Shown: positions 6,201 through 6,888 of the stretch, in pieces
How positions within the stretch are numbered: the stretch's first letter is position 1
Layout of the letters: each line of letters begins with the position of its first letter
Virus record (IMG/VR): IMGVR_UViG_3300002703_000260
Coordinates: 1 to 6,888 of that record
Length of the DNA stretch: 6,888 nucleotides
Origin: a virus
Direction: 5' to 3' (one strand)
Program-made: the position numbers and the translations under genes
Notes under the pieces: generated by a model
Seen by the model: the letters and a program-made list of their open reading frames with translations, nothing else
What the model was told of the DNA's origin: nothing
The model's database searches: none

Positions 6201-6370
6201 CGCCGACCAGCTGAAAAGCGCTGCTGAAACCGAGCAACTATCGTGACCTGACCAGAGGCGGTGCTGAAGGTCTTGGGAGAGCGGCAGAGAGACGCCCGGA
6301 GCGGCTCAATTTGGGCAGATCGGGGCGCGGGTTGAGTTGGTGGCGGGACAGTGGGACGAAGATCGCGAGA

Positions 6371-6410
6371 AGCCTCCTGAGGGCCGTATAGGCCGCTGGG
6401 GGCTTTTTTG
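6371..6410 (+). terminator. Rho-independent terminator, plus strand
   Basis: A composite stem (AGCCTCC with GGGGGCT, enclosing GGCC-gtata-GGCC) is followed by TTTTTT. The minus-strand side has no T tract, so it is unidirectional. Confidence 0.65.
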
Positions 6411-6526
6411 TGGGTCGATGGTTGCGGCCCCTTCGGGGGTATCGTCGCAGGCGCTGTGAGGCACGACAGGAGGCCATGCAGGCGACTAATCGCCGCAAGC
6501 GGCGAGGTCGAGGCCAGCAGGACAGG

Positions 6527-6757
6527 TTAGAGCTGGTTGATTCGCTCAGCGATCTGCCGCAACTCATGCAGGACGGCATCGAGCTGGGCACCTTCGTCGT
6601 CGAGCTGGGCGACTCGCTTTCTCAGATCGCGGATCTCGGCGACCAGTCGCGGGTAGTCGTCGAGTATCCACGTCACGGCATCGGAGCCCTTGCGGCCCGG
6701 CGCATACAGTTCAGCGGTTTTGATCAGGCGGGATTCGAGGTCGATAGCGCATCGCAT
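6527..6757 (-). CDS. Hypothetical 76-aa coiled-coil protein
   Basis: ATG start, high GC3, heptad-like C-terminal half (LVAEIRDLRKRVAQLDDEGAQLDAVLHELRQIAERINQL). No family recognised. Weak RBS. The start codon lies inside dif-like site 1. Confidence 0.55.
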   Translation of the reverse strand: MRCAIDLESRLIKTAELYAPGRKGSDAVTWILDDYPRLVAEIRDLRKRVAQLDDEGAQLDAVLHELRQIAERINQL

Positions 6758-6776
6758 AATCGAGCCTATGTTACGC
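6749..6776 (+). other. dif-like XerC/XerD site 1 (6-bp central region)
   Basis: GCATCGCATAA-TCGAGC-CTATGTTACGC compared with E. coli dif GGTGCGCATAA-TGTATA-TTATGTTAAAT. The inner cores CGCATAA and TATGTTA are conserved. Confidence 0.6.
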
Positions 6777-6809
6777 GACGCCCGGAGCCAGAGGCATTGT
6801 CCGGACGCC

Positions 6810-6841
6810 GCTCAACATAAGCTCAGGCCATTATGCGAAGC
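6810..6841 (-). other. dif-like XerC/XerD site 2, inverted orientation, 10-bp central region
   Basis: The minus strand reads GCTTCGCATAA-TGGCCTGAGC-TTATGTTGAGC. The XerC arm TTCGCATAA plus TG matches the gammaproteobacterial dif variant, and 11 of the 15 nt of the Xanthomonas phage attP core TATACATTATGCGAA (as recalled) are present. Confidence 0.6.
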
Positions 6842-6888
6842 GCCCAATCTGAATGGATCACCACAGGTGGCCGGGTTTGCCGGTTCCG
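6830..6888. repeat. Right copy of the 59-bp terminal repeat, including a duplicate of the zot 3' end (6858-6888)
   Basis: Identical to 1-59. It ends at the window edge, so the redundancy may be longer in the source. Confidence 0.97.

Larger units (their letters stand above)
6747..6843. repeat. 97-nt imperfect inverted repeat (long hairpin) containing two dif-like sites
   Basis: Pairings checked by hand: 6747-6759 with 6831-6843 (12 of 13), 6762-6765 with 6821-6824 (4 of 4), 6767-6772 with 6814-6819 (6 of 6), 6775-6786 with 6800-6811 (10 of 12). The apical loop is 13 nt. There is an asymmetric bubble (2 nt versus 6 nt) where a dif central region would lie. Confidence 0.85.
1..6888. mobile_element. 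Complete filamentous phage (inovirus-like) genome, unit length about 6829 bp, circularly permuted with 59 bp terminal redundancy
   Basis: Canonical inovirus gene order on one strand (Rep, ssDNA-binding protein, small coat proteins, adsorption protein, g6-like, Zot/pI), a divergent repressor, a structured intergenic region, and identical window ends. Confidence 0.85.

Noticed and set aside
6291-6302. 12-bp exact direct repeat GACGCCCGGAGC (also at 6777-6788), with nearby CCAGAGGC copies at 6252 and 6789.
   Set aside because: About one chance 12-mer repeat is expected in 6.9 kb of GC-rich sequence. The motif order differs between the two loci, so I do not treat it as functional.
6238-6820. ORFs at 6238-6591 (minus, 117 aa) and 6410-6820 (plus, 136 aa) in the intergenic region.
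   Set aside because: Both are low-complexity Arg/Pro/Ser-rich translations with many rare CGA and AGG codons. The minus-strand ORF spans a terminator and the intergenic hairpins. The plus-strand ORF is antisense to the better-supported 76-aa gene and runs through the dif-like hairpin.

Overview
The window appears to be one complete small filamentous phage (Inoviridae-like) genome, about 6829 bp, written as a circle opened at an arbitrary point. Bases 1-59 are repeated exactly at 6830-6888. On the minus strand a tightly packed, mostly translationally coupled gene train runs from 5471 down to 29: rolling-circle Rep, three small overlapping genes, a g5p-like ssDNA-binding protein, a small membrane protein, a 44-aa leaderless major coat protein that the ORF track misses, a hairpin terminator, a Cys-, Thr- and Gly-rich g3p-like adsorption protein, a g6-like protein and a Zot/pI assembly ATPase. 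Divergent from rep is an XRE-type HTH repressor coupled to a 59-aa ORF, with palindromic operator candidates between them. The rest (6152-6843) is a structured non-coding region plus one 76-aa coiled-coil gene. No integrase or secretin gene is present. The most interesting feature is a pair of inverted dif-like (XerC/XerD) sites at 6747-6843. They fold into a roughly 97-nt imperfect hairpin with duplex arms and an unpaired central bubble, the architecture of the CTXphi ssDNA attP. Other points worth a second look are an HMG-box-like signature in a 56-aa protein coupled to Rep, a 28-aa hydrophobic micro-ORF sharing 4 nt with both neighbours, a low-GC receptor-binding portion of g3p, and a roughly 170-bp segment apparently insulated by convergent terminators. 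All family assignments come from motif recognition by eye; no database search was possible.
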